Assembly: GCA_050633245.1 (NCBI GenBank)
Contig: JBOEGD010000016.1
Span: 90,748-154,747, forward strand
From: Calditrichia bacterium
GTDB taxonomy: Bacteria; Calditrichota; Calditrichia; RBG-13-44-9; J075
DNA: 64,000 bases
Direction of reading: 5' to 3'
Shown here: positions 9,718-19,758 of the stretch, one piece after another
Layout: every line of letters begins with the position of its first letter
How positions within the stretch are numbered: the first letter of the stretch is position 1
The notes under the pieces: generated by a model
Told to the model about the DNA's origin: nothing
Databases searched by the model: none
Seen by the model: only the letters and a program-made list of their open reading frames with translations
Program-made: the position numbers and the translations under genes

Positions 9718-10599
9718 TCAGTCTTCCAAATGATCGCGTTTTATGTTTGGAATATCCATACTAAATGTTTGCAGCGTTTCATCGGCCAGTTCCCGATGTA
9801 CCTCTACCCGCTTAATACGATCCATAGAATCGGTAGACGTAATCAAGATTGAATCGGAGCCGTAATATGAATACTCTTTGCGTAAAATTAAGATACCGTC
9901 AATCGTATAATACTCATGCCAACTGGAAAGGCGTCCGGCAGTATCGGTGGTGTTTTTGTCGCTGAAGCGATGAAAGCCGTTTTGATAGTTTTCATCATCC
10001 CCAAACACGACGTTAAACAGCCGGGCATTGCCAGCCGGATTCAGCGGGCTTCTAAATCCTTTCGCCGTTCGCTCGGCAATACCTTGCTTAATAAACCGCC
10101 AGCCGGTATTCGTTAGCTCCGCGGCAATCTGCCTGACCAGTTTCTCATCTGCAGGGGAAAAATTGTCGAGCGGACCGATTTCATAACAATTCTTACGCTG
10201 GCTGTACTGAATATAAATACTGTCCATCGCAAAAAGCGTTAACGCTTCATTAAACCATATGGTTAGCAAACGAGCCGTGCCACCGCACTTCTTGCTAAGC
10301 TTGCGCTTCCAATCGTATCCTTTACCAACTCCGCTGTTTAATAATAGCGTTACCTTCCAGGCTGGACGACCAATATAAAGGGTATCGAGCTTATTAAATT
10401 TACGCTTTTCAATTGCTGTCCAGGCGCTGTCTTTAAGCAGGCTTTCCAGCTTGAACGGGCGCTTAAAGCTCTTCATTATCCGGCGCATGTTTCGAGTGGC
10501 GTCTTCCCGGTTTGCAGTTTTTTTTAAATAGGAGATAAACGGCTTGCGGTCTTCACCAAACAGTTTGATAATATCCAACTCTAACTGCTTTTCATCCAT
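9718..10599 (-). CDS. Hypothetical protein
   Basis: 293-aa ORF with 1- and 3-nt gaps to its neighbours; no family recognised. Confidence 0.7.
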   Translation of the reverse strand: MDEKQLELDIIKLFGEDRKPFISYLKKTANREDATRNMRRIMKSFKRPFKLESLLKDSAWTAIEKRKFNKLDTLYIGRPAWKVTLLLNSGVGKGYDWKRKLSKKCGGTARLLTIWFNEALTLFAMDSIYIQYSQRKNCYEIGPLDNFSPADEKLVRQIAAELTNTGWRFIKQGIAERTAKGFRSPLNPAGNARLFNVVFGDDENYQNGFHRFSDKNTTDTAGRLSSWHEYYTIDGILILRKEYSYYGSDSILITSTDSMDRIKRVEVHRELADETLQTFSMDIPNIKRDHLED

Positions 10600-10602
10600 T
10601 TG

Positions 10603-13600
10603 CTACTCCGATCGCAGCGCTGGAATTAAATCACTCTTGAGCGCAATACCGATTGCAATACGACTGGCGACTGCACCAACAAGCACGACGGCTAATAATG
10701 TTCCGATTAGCTCCAGCCAGGGAATTTGTCCACTACTTTGCGCAATCACCGGGTAGACGGCAATTGCGGCGGTTATGCTGCCTACTAAAATTCCCATAAA
10801 AATCAAGAATACGTTCTCGTAGAACAACATGCTGCGGATAGATTGATTTTGATAACCAAATGCCTGCATGGTAGCCAGTTCAGAGCGACGTTCAATCACG
10901 TTGCGGATAAGAACAATGCCGAGCCCAATTGTGCCAAGCAATAGTCCCAGCGCACCAAGCGTTTGAAACACGGCGCGATAGGTGTTTTCCACAGCCTGAA
11001 ATCCGGCGAGCTTTTCAGTTGTTGAAACCACATCAAGACCGTAATCATCCAGCGTTTTTTCGAGGTCTGCTGCAACCTTCTCACCTGCTTCGGCGGAGAT
11101 ATTCAGCAGGAAATAGCGAAAGCCGGTTTCTTCCGGGAATGACTTTATAAAGTTATCTTCAGAAACTAATAGCTCGCTCTGAAAAATACTGGTCTGTAAC
11201 AGTCCAACCAGCTTTAGCTTCACCTCTTCACCGGCATTGTTTGCCATAATAAAGTTATCCCCAACGCCGATTTTCAGGATGTATTGAGCGGAGTGAGCGT
11301 CGGCAAAAGCCGGAATGCTTTCATCGCTTGTCGGCTGAGCCAGCGCTTGCCAGGGCGTTTCTTCAAAGTACTCGATAGGTCCGCTAAACTGAAAACCACC
11401 ACGTTCAACCATTGCAGGAGTCACACCCAGAATGCGCGGGCTGGTCGGTTGAAATAGATTCAGACAACTTGCGTCATCCCCGGGGCGTAAGCGCAGCGAA
11501 AAGATACTATTGCTATTCAACTCTTCGGACAGCTTATCGGAGAACCCTAAATTAAACTGATCTTCCTCATTAGTCGGATCGAGCAAAATTGGAATATCAG
11601 CCTCAGCCAAATAGCGATAGCCTCCGGTTCCGGAATCTTTTACCACTTGGTCGCCGCTAAAGTCTTTACGACTTGCACCAACCGAGATAATCATAAAACA
11701 GGCCACGGCGACCAGAGCAATACAGAGCATGCTTCTGCCCGGGTTGCGCGATGCATTACGCAACGACATACCAGCAATAGAATTGCCAATCGATCTCCGG
11801 GAAGAGGATCGCAAAAGCCATGAAGACAGCAGTAAACCGGAGGTTAACAGCAAAAAGCCACTTCCCATAAACTGACCACCGGAAGCCTGAACACCTGCCG
11901 TAATCCCACTAACTATCAGGGCAATTCCAGCGAGAAGGAAGAGAATACCCAGCCACAGGGTTATCGAACGAGACTTTCCCCGTGTCTTTGCCACCACGCC
12001 ACGCAGCAATGCCGGAATCGGCAGCTTCCTCAATCCACGTAGCGTAATCCAAATAGCAAATGATACCGCAATAACTGCACTTGTCGCCCCGGTAAAATAA
12101 CTTGCCGGGTCGGCATGAAAGTTGAGAAAGGAAGTGCCAACAGCCTCAAACCACAGCGTTCGCAATCCATGAATAATACCGCGCGCATAAAGTGTGGCAA
12201 ACAGCAGCCCCAGAATTGCACCAAGTGTAGACAACACGATTCCCTGACTCAGAAAGCGCGAGAGCACGCCACTCGGTCTATAGCCTGAAGCAAGAAGGAG
12301 CCCAACCTCGCCTGCACGCTGCTCGACGCCAAGTCTGAAGAGCAAACCGGCAAGAATTGCTGCGGAGATTATCAGGAAGAAGCTAAAACTGATAAATAGT
12401 TGACTAAAGTCCGTTGCCCCAAGCGAAGCTTTTAATCCTTCTGCTTTAACGGGACGCCAGGAAAGCCCGAGATCTGCCGGGCTAAGAGCTGCATTTAATT
12501 TCGTCTCAAGCTGCTGTTGCAACTCAGCTATGTTGCTGCCTTCTCCCGGAGCAAGACGAATTGTAGATAGCTGACCAAAGCGACTGCCCCAGAGTGCCTG
12601 TCCTGTTTTTAACGAAACGAAGGCCTTTGGGGTAGACCGAAAGTCGTCCCAATACGTTTCATCTTTTGGACGAATCTTTTCAAGATCTACTGCAAATGGC
12701 GGATCCCAATCGCGGATATTACCGACATCGCTAATTCCCGGGTATTCCGGCACGAGAGCATTATCCTCCCCAAGACCGGTCATTTTAACCACGCCACGCA
12801 CAGAAAAGGTTGAGTTGGTTTCATATAACCTGTCCCCTGCCCCAACCGCAAAATAAGTAAGCTGCAGGCTATCGCCGGCACGAGCTTTCAGGTCATCTGC
12901 CAGCCAACTGTTTAGAAGCACTTCATTTTCTTTTAGTATCGGAGCAGGTTCACCAGAGATCATCGTCAGGCGTGACAATGAGTTGTAAGGATTGTCTATT
13001 GCAACGACTGTTGAATACGGTGTCGAACGATTAGCAATGCGCATTTCATTTGCAAGATAAGAAAGGATCGGCAGATCATCTGCCTGCAGTTCATTTTGAA
13101 TGGTTGAAACGGCCGACTCAAGCTCTTCGCCGACGACATATTCTCTACTACCAACGATGACGTAGTCCAGCTTAGCTTCCAGCGTAATTCCACGATCGTG
13201 AAGGTTCGCTACGGCGGCAAACTCATTGTCCAATACGCTCACATCCGACAGTGTATTTTTTTCGGTCAGCAATAATGCATTAACCAGTCCCTGCTGCTCT
13301 ACCGCCTTTTGAACTTCGGCCATATTTACATAGGCCGTCAGCATCTGGGTTTGCTCAATCTTCAAGCCAAATCGGCCCGGTCCGCGGTTTGGAAGTACGT
13401 GCCGTAAAATCAGACGCATGCTTCGCACCACATCGGTCGTTTCCTTGCGTCCGAAGAGTGATTCACGATGAATATCGCTGGGCTTCTCGAAAGAAATGAT
13501 TATCGGATCGCCAAGATCAGCACCAAGCTCTTTTTGCAGCGCCTCATTGATAACAACTGATGGGAAATTTTGCCGATTCTGCTTTTTTAGTCCATTCAGA

Positions 13601-13980
13601 AATTCAGCCGCTTCATCGGAACCTTCTTCGTAGAATAACTGAACGAAGTCCGGCGTAATTCCAGCCAGCTGAATTCCTGTTGCACGCGTTCGGCTACTAC
13701 CGTGTATCGCACTACCGCTCAACATGATGGTCGGGGTAATGGCAGCAACGTCCTTTATGGCAGGTCTCGCATTTAACTCAGTAGCAAGGTCTTCCCGAAC
13801 GAACCCGGGGGCAATCAGAACGCGATCAATACTTCCCAATCGGTCCAGCGTTTGTTCCTTCAGGCTGCCGCGCATGGAATCGCCAACCAGGAGAGCTCCG
13901 GTAAGAACAGCCGATGCCACTGCTGCACCCATTACGACAGCAAGGTTTATTCGCCAAAAATGCTTTAGGTCTTTAAACAA
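10603..13980 (-). CDS. Large duplicated FtsX/MacB-type ABC transporter permease
   Basis: TGALLVGDSMRGSL; two 4-TM FtsX blocks (EQRAGEVGLLLASG, ERRSELATMQAFG) with large periplasmic domains; TTG start after GGAG. Confidence 0.9.
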   Translation of the reverse strand: MFKDLKHFWRINLAVVMGAAVASAVLTGALLVGDSMRGSLKEQTLDRLGSIDRVLIAPGFVREDLATELNARPAIKDVAAITPTIMLSGSAIHGSSRTRATGIQLAGITPDFVQLFYEEGSDEAAEFLNGLKKQNRQNFPSVVINEALQKELGADLGDPIIISFEKPSDIHRESLFGRKETTDVVRSMRLILRHVLPNRGPGRFGLKIEQTQMLTAYVNMAEVQKAVEQQGLVNALLLTEKNTLSDVSVLDNEFAAVANLHDRGITLEAKLDYVIVGSREYVVGEELESAVSTIQNELQADDLPILSYLANEMRIANRSTPYSTVVAIDNPYNSLSRLTMISGEPAPILKENEVLLNSWLADDLKARAGDSLQLTYFAVGAGDRLYETNSTFSVRGVVKMTGLGEDNALVPEYPGISDVGNIRDWDPPFAVDLEKIRPKDETYWDDFRSTPKAFVSLKTGQALWGSRFGQLSTIRLAPGEGSNIAELQQQLETKLNAALSPADLGLSWRPVKAEGLKASLGATDFSQLFISFSFFLIISAAILAGLLFRLGVEQRAGEVGLLLASGYRPSGVLSRFLSQGIVLSTLGAILGLLFATLYARGIIHGLRTLWFEAVGTSFLNFHADPASYFTGATSAVIAVSFAIWITLRGLRKLPIPALLRGVVAKTRGKSRSITLWLGILFLLAGIALIVSGITAGVQASGGQFMGSGFLLLTSGLLLSSWLLRSSSRRSIGNSIAGMSLRNASRNPGRSMLCIALVAVACFMIISVGASRKDFSGDQVVKDSGTGGYRYLAEADIPILLDPTNEEDQFNLGFSDKLSEELNSNSIFSLRLRPGDDASCLNLFQPTSPRILGVTPAMVERGGFQFSGPIEYFEETPWQALAQPTSDESIPAFADAHSAQYILKIGVGDNFIMANNAGEEVKLKLVGLLQTSIFQSELLVSEDNFIKSFPEETGFRYFLLNISAEAGEKVAADLEKTLDDYGLDVVSTTEKLAGFQAVENTYRAVFQTLGALGLLLGTIGLGIVLIRNVIERRSELATMQAFGYQNQSIRSMLFYENVFLIFMGILVGSITAAIAVYPVIAQSSGQIPWLELIGTLLAVVLVGAVASRIAIGIALKSDLIPALRSE

Positions 13981-13992
13981 GGTATGCTCCGA

Positions 13993-14352
13993 TTAAATCC
14001 ATTCACAGGTCTCAACAGTCTGCTCACAGTTAATATTACCAGTGTGCGATGTCGAGGCGGGTTCAAACAACATGATAAGTGCTTCTTTTTTAGCAATCGG
14101 CTTATGTTCTACACCTTTTGGAACAACAAACAGTTCACCGTTCTTCAGGTTGATTTTGCGATCGCGTAGCTCCAGCGTCATTTCCCCTTCAATAACCATG
14201 AAAAGCTCATCTTCATTTTCATGGAAATGCCACGGCAGTTCACCTTCAATGCGCGCCAGTTTCACATGTTGGCCATTCAGCTCGGCTACAACCTTGGGCG
14301 TCCACTGATCACTGAAAAGAGAAAATTTTTCCTGCAGGTCAACTTTATTCAT
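13993..14352 (-). CDS. Cupin-domain protein
   Basis: WHFHENEDELF and GELFVVPKGVEHKP cupin motifs. Confidence 0.9.
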   Translation of the reverse strand: MNKVDLQEKFSLFSDQWTPKVVAELNGQHVKLARIEGELPWHFHENEDELFMVIEGEMTLELRDRKINLKNGELFVVPKGVEHKPIAKKEALIMLFEPASTSHTGNINCEQTVETCEWI

Positions 14353-14354
14353 TT

Positions 14355-15407
14355 CTACTCCTGGTTTGCAGACAGCACAACCTTTGTGCAGCGATCCAGC
14401 TTTTCATCAAAAATGCGATAGCCTTCTTTGCCTTCAGACAGGTCCATTCGATGGGAGATAAGCGACGTAACATCATATTTTTGCTGCTGCAGCAAAGGAA
14501 TAAGTGTTGGTAAGTAGCGCTGAACCGGGCAACGCCCGGTTTTATAGCTAAGGTTTTTATTGTAAAGATCTACCGGTGAGAAGGCAAAACCACTTGTTGT
14601 GTGCACACCCACCGTTGAAATGGTTCCGCCGGGTCGAACAAGTTTATATGCCAACTGCTGTGCCGCCGGACTACCAACGACTTCCAGTACGGCTACCGGT
14701 CCACGCCCAATTGTGGCATCGTAAATTTTATCTTTGCTCGATTCATCGGACAGGATCGGTGTTGCCCCAAATTTCTCAGCAACTTCCAGGCGCCATGGCA
14801 CCAAGTCCAGCGCAAAAATTTGCCCTACGCCCATTTCGCGAAGAGAAAGTATGGCTAGAATTCCAACCGGACCACAGCCAATAACGGCATAACTATCAGA
14901 AGGATTCTGAACTGCCATATCCGCACAAAAATAACCGGTAGGCAGGATGTCGCAGAGCAACAGCGCTTCTTCCGGAAGAATATCTGGCGGAATTTTGGTT
15001 AGGGTATGGTCGGCCAACGGTACACGCACATATTCAGATTGCGCGCCCTGCAGACCAACCCCGTTTTCAACCCAACCGAAAAGCTGCCCGGTTGAGCAGC
15101 GGCAAGACAGATTGTCCCGGCAGCTATCACAGTTCCCACATGAGCTGAAAAAAGGACTAAAAACACGATCGCCCTTTTTAAATTGCGTTACCGCAGATCC
15201 CATATCAACAATCTCGCCAATAAATTCATGTCCCATCACCGTGCCGGGATCGATACCGCTTTCACGTCCATGATACACATGCAAATCTGAACCACAAATG
15301 GCAGTCAGAAGGGTTCGAACGATCACATCGGTGGGGTGCAGAATTGTTGGGTCTGCGAGTGAACTGTATTCAATCTGCCCCGGTTTACTAAATGTTAAAC
15401 CATGCAT
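14355..15407 (-). CDS. Zn-dependent alcohol dehydrogenase (MDR, formaldehyde-dehydrogenase-like)
   Basis: ICGSDLH, GHEFIG, CGNCDSC..C structural Zn, CDILPTG, GCGPVG. Confidence 0.92.
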   Translation of the reverse strand: MHGLTFSKPGQIEYSSLADPTILHPTDVIVRTLLTAICGSDLHVYHGRESGIDPGTVMGHEFIGEIVDMGSAVTQFKKGDRVFSPFFSSCGNCDSCRDNLSCRCSTGQLFGWVENGVGLQGAQSEYVRVPLADHTLTKIPPDILPEEALLLCDILPTGYFCADMAVQNPSDSYAVIGCGPVGILAILSLREMGVGQIFALDLVPWRLEVAEKFGATPILSDESSKDKIYDATIGRGPVAVLEVVGSPAAQQLAYKLVRPGGTISTVGVHTTSGFAFSPVDLYNKNLSYKTGRCPVQRYLPTLIPLLQQQKYDVTSLISHRMDLSEGKEGYRIFDEKLDRCTKVVLSANQE

Positions 15408-15418
15408 GTTATATCCGC

Positions 15419-17737
15419 TTAGCTTGGGTTATCCAAAGACGCCATGAGTGTCTTTAGTTTTTGAGCCGGTTCAAATATCGGATCTGCATCTTTCCAGACA
15501 TCTGCTGAGATGTCTAAAAACTCACGTGCCTTTTGCTTCTCATCGCGCTTTAGATGCAGCTGTGCCATCAACATATTGATTTTTGGATCTTTAGGCCGCA
15601 CTTTAAGGTCTTTCACAAGCGCTTCTTCCAGTTTGGCCAATTGCTCGGTCTCAAGATAACAGCCTAATAAATCATGAAGAGCGCTGCGATCCCACAAACG
15701 GCTTTGCCTGTAGAGTTCATATTTTTCAATCGCCCTGTCGTAATCACCTTGTAATCTGGCAAAATTGGCTTCGAGTACGTGGTTAATACTGGTCATCCAT
15801 TCCATTCCGGAGCTTTCAAGAAACTCCCTGGAATCTTCAAGTGCGGCACGCGCGTCATCGAGCCTCTCTTCCAGAAGATACAATCGGGCATACCCAAGCG
15901 GTTTGGATTTATCGAATGGACTAAACATTTCAAGATTATCGAGAATTTCATATGCCTTTTTCGGTTGGCCGGCTAAAACATAGCGATGACAATCGAAGAG
16001 TAGAATAAACTGCATATTCAGGGGCCGCGTAAATTTTCGTTGGTCTACCCACTTTGCTTCAGCACTTTCCAGGGCCTTGTGTACTTTGCCCTGATAGGCA
16101 AACAGGCTTTCGAGACGACCATGAGCAATACTGGTTTCCTGAGGTTCACTGCTTCCAGAGAGTACCTTTTCATATTTTTCCTGCGCTTCTTCAAGCTTTC
16201 CTTCTTTCATCAAGATATCGCCCAGGTCAATTACAGCGCGCTTGTTCCCTTCATCCAACAGAAGTGCTTTGTTGTAATATTCGCGTGCATCAGCATACTG
16301 ACCTTCCAGCTCATACGCGGTGCCGACCTTTCGAAGTGCCAGCACATTATCAGGGGCGACTTCCAAAGCCTGCTTATAGTGGCTTAAGGAGTTCTCCGGA
16401 TCGTTTGCCTGACTGTAAAGATCACCTATAGACAACAGGCTGCGTATATCCCGCGGATCCTGCTTTAAGATAGTGCGATACGCTTCAATCGCAGCCTGTT
16501 TATCACCGGCAGTCCAGTGATATGCGGCAATTTGATACTGCACATCGACATCATCAGGATAGAGTTCACTCCACATTTTTAAAACAGCCAATTCCTTATC
16601 CGGCTGCTCATTAATTTTATAATACATCGATTTTACCATGAACTGGCTGTTTTCCGGCAGCTTGTACAGATATTTCATCGTTTTTTCGAGTGGTATTCGG
16701 CTTTTCTCCGTTTGATTGTTATTTGCATACGTAATAAAAAGCTGGAGATGAGCCAGCGTAAAAAGCGAGTCGATCTCTACCGCCTTTTCCAAGTAGGTTG
16801 CTGCCGTGGTATAATCATTTTTCCAGGCCATCAAATCAATGGCGACATGCAGTGCTTTTGCGGCCTCAGGTGAAGCCGTGAAAATTTCTTTAATTGGTAA
16901 ATCCTGCTGCTCATTAATATGCACTTCGGGAATGTCCAGGTCTTTACGCAACTGCAGCGACATATCATCGATCAGTGAAAAAATATCGGTATTTTTATAC
17001 GTGCGGCGACTGACTTCTTTTGCCCTACTCGATTCATACAAAACTGTTTCCACTTCATAGTTTTTGCCTGCAGAGAGAATACTTCCCGAAAGGAAAAAGT
17101 CCTGATTAGATTCCTGCGCGATCTTTTGTTTTAGCCGCATAGGCATGTTATTGCCATCTGCTGATCCGTTCTTGCGTATTTCTTCAATCACATCCTGAGG
17201 TGCTACATAAGAAATAAAATGTTCCTGACCAAGATCATAAGACAACATATAAATCAGGCCGCCTCGCAGCCAGTCTGCCTGGGTATTGCCGGAGGAGTTT
17301 TTAAAATTAAACAGCGACACTTTTTTGCGAAGACCAGCTTTCAATATATTGCGTTCTATGCGCTGCCCGTCTTCGTTTTCTACCATTATGGTCTTTGAAG
17401 CCGCACCGAGTTCTTTATTCTGAAAAAGCACCATAAGCAACAAGCCGGTTGCAACAATATTCAGCGGGATGCCAAACTTTTCGACGCGCGTCCAGCTATT
17501 TCGCCCCGGTTTGCCATGGAAATAAGAAACAATTACCACAGTCGGAATCAGGGACAAAATAATGACAAGCGCCAGATCGGTCAAATAAGGAGAGAGTACG
17601 TAGCGTTTTACATTCCAGTCTACAAATTGAATAATTGCCCAGCCACCAATCAGGTAGGAGCCAAGGATTTGTGGAACTCTTCTGGAGAGCAAGTCTTTCC
17701 ACAAAGACTTCTCATTTGCAGGTTTTGCTTTTGTCAT
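15419..17737 (-). CDS. Membrane-anchored TolB-N-like + TPR protein
   Basis: RRVPQILGSYLIGGW three-TM N-terminus, FNFKN...DWL..GL..ML alpha/beta domain, many TPRs. Confidence 0.8.
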   Translation of the reverse strand: MTKAKPANEKSLWKDLLSRRVPQILGSYLIGGWAIIQFVDWNVKRYVLSPYLTDLALVIILSLIPTVVIVSYFHGKPGRNSWTRVEKFGIPLNIVATGLLLMVLFQNKELGAASKTIMVENEDGQRIERNILKAGLRKKVSLFNFKNSSGNTQADWLRGGLIYMLSYDLGQEHFISYVAPQDVIEEIRKNGSADGNNMPMRLKQKIAQESNQDFFLSGSILSAGKNYEVETVLYESSRAKEVSRRTYKNTDIFSLIDDMSLQLRKDLDIPEVHINEQQDLPIKEIFTASPEAAKALHVAIDLMAWKNDYTTAATYLEKAVEIDSLFTLAHLQLFITYANNNQTEKSRIPLEKTMKYLYKLPENSQFMVKSMYYKINEQPDKELAVLKMWSELYPDDVDVQYQIAAYHWTAGDKQAAIEAYRTILKQDPRDIRSLLSIGDLYSQANDPENSLSHYKQALEVAPDNVLALRKVGTAYELEGQYADAREYYNKALLLDEGNKRAVIDLGDILMKEGKLEEAQEKYEKVLSGSSEPQETSIAHGRLESLFAYQGKVHKALESAEAKWVDQRKFTRPLNMQFILLFDCHRYVLAGQPKKAYEILDNLEMFSPFDKSKPLGYARLYLLEERLDDARAALEDSREFLESSGMEWMTSINHVLEANFARLQGDYDRAIEKYELYRQSRLWDRSALHDLLGCYLETEQLAKLEEALVKDLKVRPKDPKINMLMAQLHLKRDEKQKAREFLDISADVWKDADPIFEPAQKLKTLMASLDNPS

Positions 17738-17749
17738 CGGTCTTCTACC

Positions 17750-18436
17750 TTAAGAAGTTTTTTGAATTTCACCTTGTTGAAGCTGAAAGCGGCGTGGAAA
17801 CAATCCAGCCAGCTCTTCGCTATGCGTTACCGTAATCATGATGCTCTGCATTTCCTTATGGAGTTCAAAGAGCAAGTTAGCAACCATCATCGCATTGTCA
17901 TGATCGAGGTTTCCGGTTGGTTCGTCGCAGAGAATCAGTGCGGGAGAATTGATTAGTGCGCGGGCAATGGCGACACGCTGTCTTTCACCACCCGAAAGCT
18001 CCGCAGGCAGGTGGTTGAGGCGCTGGGTAAGTCCAACGCGATCGAGCAATTTTTTCGCTCGATCTTTTTGTGCATTGCGATCGCCGCGAAAAGCAAGCGC
18101 GGGAACCATTACGTTTTCCAGCACATTGTACTGCGGCATCAAATGATGATCCTGAAAGACAAACCCGATCATGCTATTTCGAAAATGCGCCAGCTTGCCG
18201 GCTTTTAGTTCAAAGGGGTTTTGATCATTCACCATAATCTGACCGGATGTTGGATTGTCGAGCGTGCCGATTAAATGAAGAAGAGTGCTTTTCCCCGAGC
18301 CGGATGGGCCGGTTATCGCGACAGAGTCTCCGCCGGACATCTTAAAGCTGATGTTTTTCAACACCTCCAAGTCGGTAGCGCCCTTGTAGGTTTTGAAAAC
18401 GTGGTCGACGATTAGATTCACAGTTTCAGCGGACAA
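17750..18436 (-). CDS. LolD/MacB-type ABC ATP-binding protein
   Basis: [45 protein letters not shown]. Confidence 0.95.
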   Translation of the reverse strand: MSAETVNLIVDHVFKTYKGATDLEVLKNISFKMSGGDSVAITGPSGSGKSTLLHLIGTLDNPTSGQIMVNDQNPFELKAGKLAHFRNSMIGFVFQDHHLMPQYNVLENVMVPALAFRGDRNAQKDRAKKLLDRVGLTQRLNHLPAELSGGERQRVAIARALINSPALILCDEPTGNLDHDNAMMVANLLFELHKEMQSIMITVTHSEELAGLFPRRFQLQQGEIQKTS

Positions 18437-18456
18437 AACGTATACCTCTTTAGGTT

Positions 18457-19758
18457 TTATTCAGGAATGAAGGTACTATACAGCTTTTCGGAAGCAATTG
18501 CCATTTGAACATCGGTGTAGTGTTTTTTAACGCCGGCACTGCCGATTTTACCAAACTCACGTCGCTTCGAGGCATCTTTTAGAAGTTCTAAAAGGCCATC
18601 GGCAAGCTTTTCGCTATTGTTTGGTTCAACGAGCAAACCGCCTCCGGTTGCTTCTATCATCTCCGGAAAAGCACCATGATCTGGTTGCACAACCGCGATT
18701 TCATTCGCAAGAGCTTCGAGCAGAAACAATCCTTTCGGCTCACGATAGGGTGTGGGCACAGAAAAAACATCCAGACTATTCAGAAAAGCAATTTTCTCAT
18801 CCCGACTGACTTCTCCAATATACTCAAAATCGCTGCCAAGACCCAACTGTTGCGCTTTTTGAATCAGATCATCGAGATACGCTTTATCGCGCGCACCTAA
18901 ATAGCCCGCAGCCTTTAGACAAACGTTCAGGTTAGGATGCGTTTTACGAATCTTGACAAAAGCATCCAACAGCAGATGCAGTCCTTTTTCAGGACAAACA
19001 CGTGCGAGATAGCCAATCGTCAGACGATCGCCCGACTTTTGCATTTGTGATGCGCCATGCCCGTCGAGGTTTAAACCAAGCTTAACGGTATGAACCATGT
19101 CGCGGGGAACTCTAAGGTACTTCGCCATATACCCGGCATAAAAATCACTTGTTGCCACAAGAGCATCACAATCGCGTACTTTTTCCTGTAGTAACTCCAT
19201 GGCCTGAGATCGATACGGCTCGGTTAAATCGTCAAGAAAAATATCTTCGCCCTGCAGAGCGCAAAGTACCGGAACCTTTACTTCTTCCTTCAGGCGTTTT
19301 GCCATGCCAGCCAACATAGAATTTGTGAGTTGAATGCACTGAGGCTTATATTCGTCACGCAACCAGCTTACCAGCTTTTCGAGTTCACGTGCCTGATTAC
19401 CATCTTCCCCACGCAGCATGGAAACGGTTAATTCACCGAGGTCTTTTGCATTGGTAGAGGCATTGGATTTCGACAGATAGTTAAGCACCCGATTGCTGTT
19501 TAGCAAGCGGTCGAGGCTGATACGTCCACTGCGTATCCAGGAAAACTTCTGTTCCAGGAAAACGCTGATTCCATTGTAAAACACCTTGTCGATGGCCACA
19601 TTTGGCTCATCGGTTCTGAGAGGTGTGTAGGTGGGAATAAGCGCTACCTCATGCCCTCGGGCAATAAGTGCTTTCGCAAGAGTGTTGTCACGAATACAGC
19701 TTCCACAGTACATGCCAGCCGCGCCGGCAGCAATATATGCAATTTTCATTTTAGTCAT
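18457..19758 (-). CDS. GT4 (GT-B) glycosyltransferase with N-terminal CxxC
   Basis: ARVCPEKG, REPKGLFLLEALA (EX7E), N-terminal AGMYCGSCIRDN. Confidence 0.88.
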   Translation of the reverse strand: MTKMKIAYIAAGAAGMYCGSCIRDNTLAKALIARGHEVALIPTYTPLRTDEPNVAIDKVFYNGISVFLEQKFSWIRSGRISLDRLLNSNRVLNYLSKSNASTNAKDLGELTVSMLRGEDGNQARELEKLVSWLRDEYKPQCIQLTNSMLAGMAKRLKEEVKVPVLCALQGEDIFLDDLTEPYRSQAMELLQEKVRDCDALVATSDFYAGYMAKYLRVPRDMVHTVKLGLNLDGHGASQMQKSGDRLTIGYLARVCPEKGLHLLLDAFVKIRKTHPNLNVCLKAAGYLGARDKAYLDDLIQKAQQLGLGSDFEYIGEVSRDEKIAFLNSLDVFSVPTPYREPKGLFLLEALANEIAVVQPDHGAFPEMIEATGGGLLVEPNNSEKLADGLLELLKDASKRREFGKIGSAGVKKHYTDVQMAIASEKLYSTFIPE

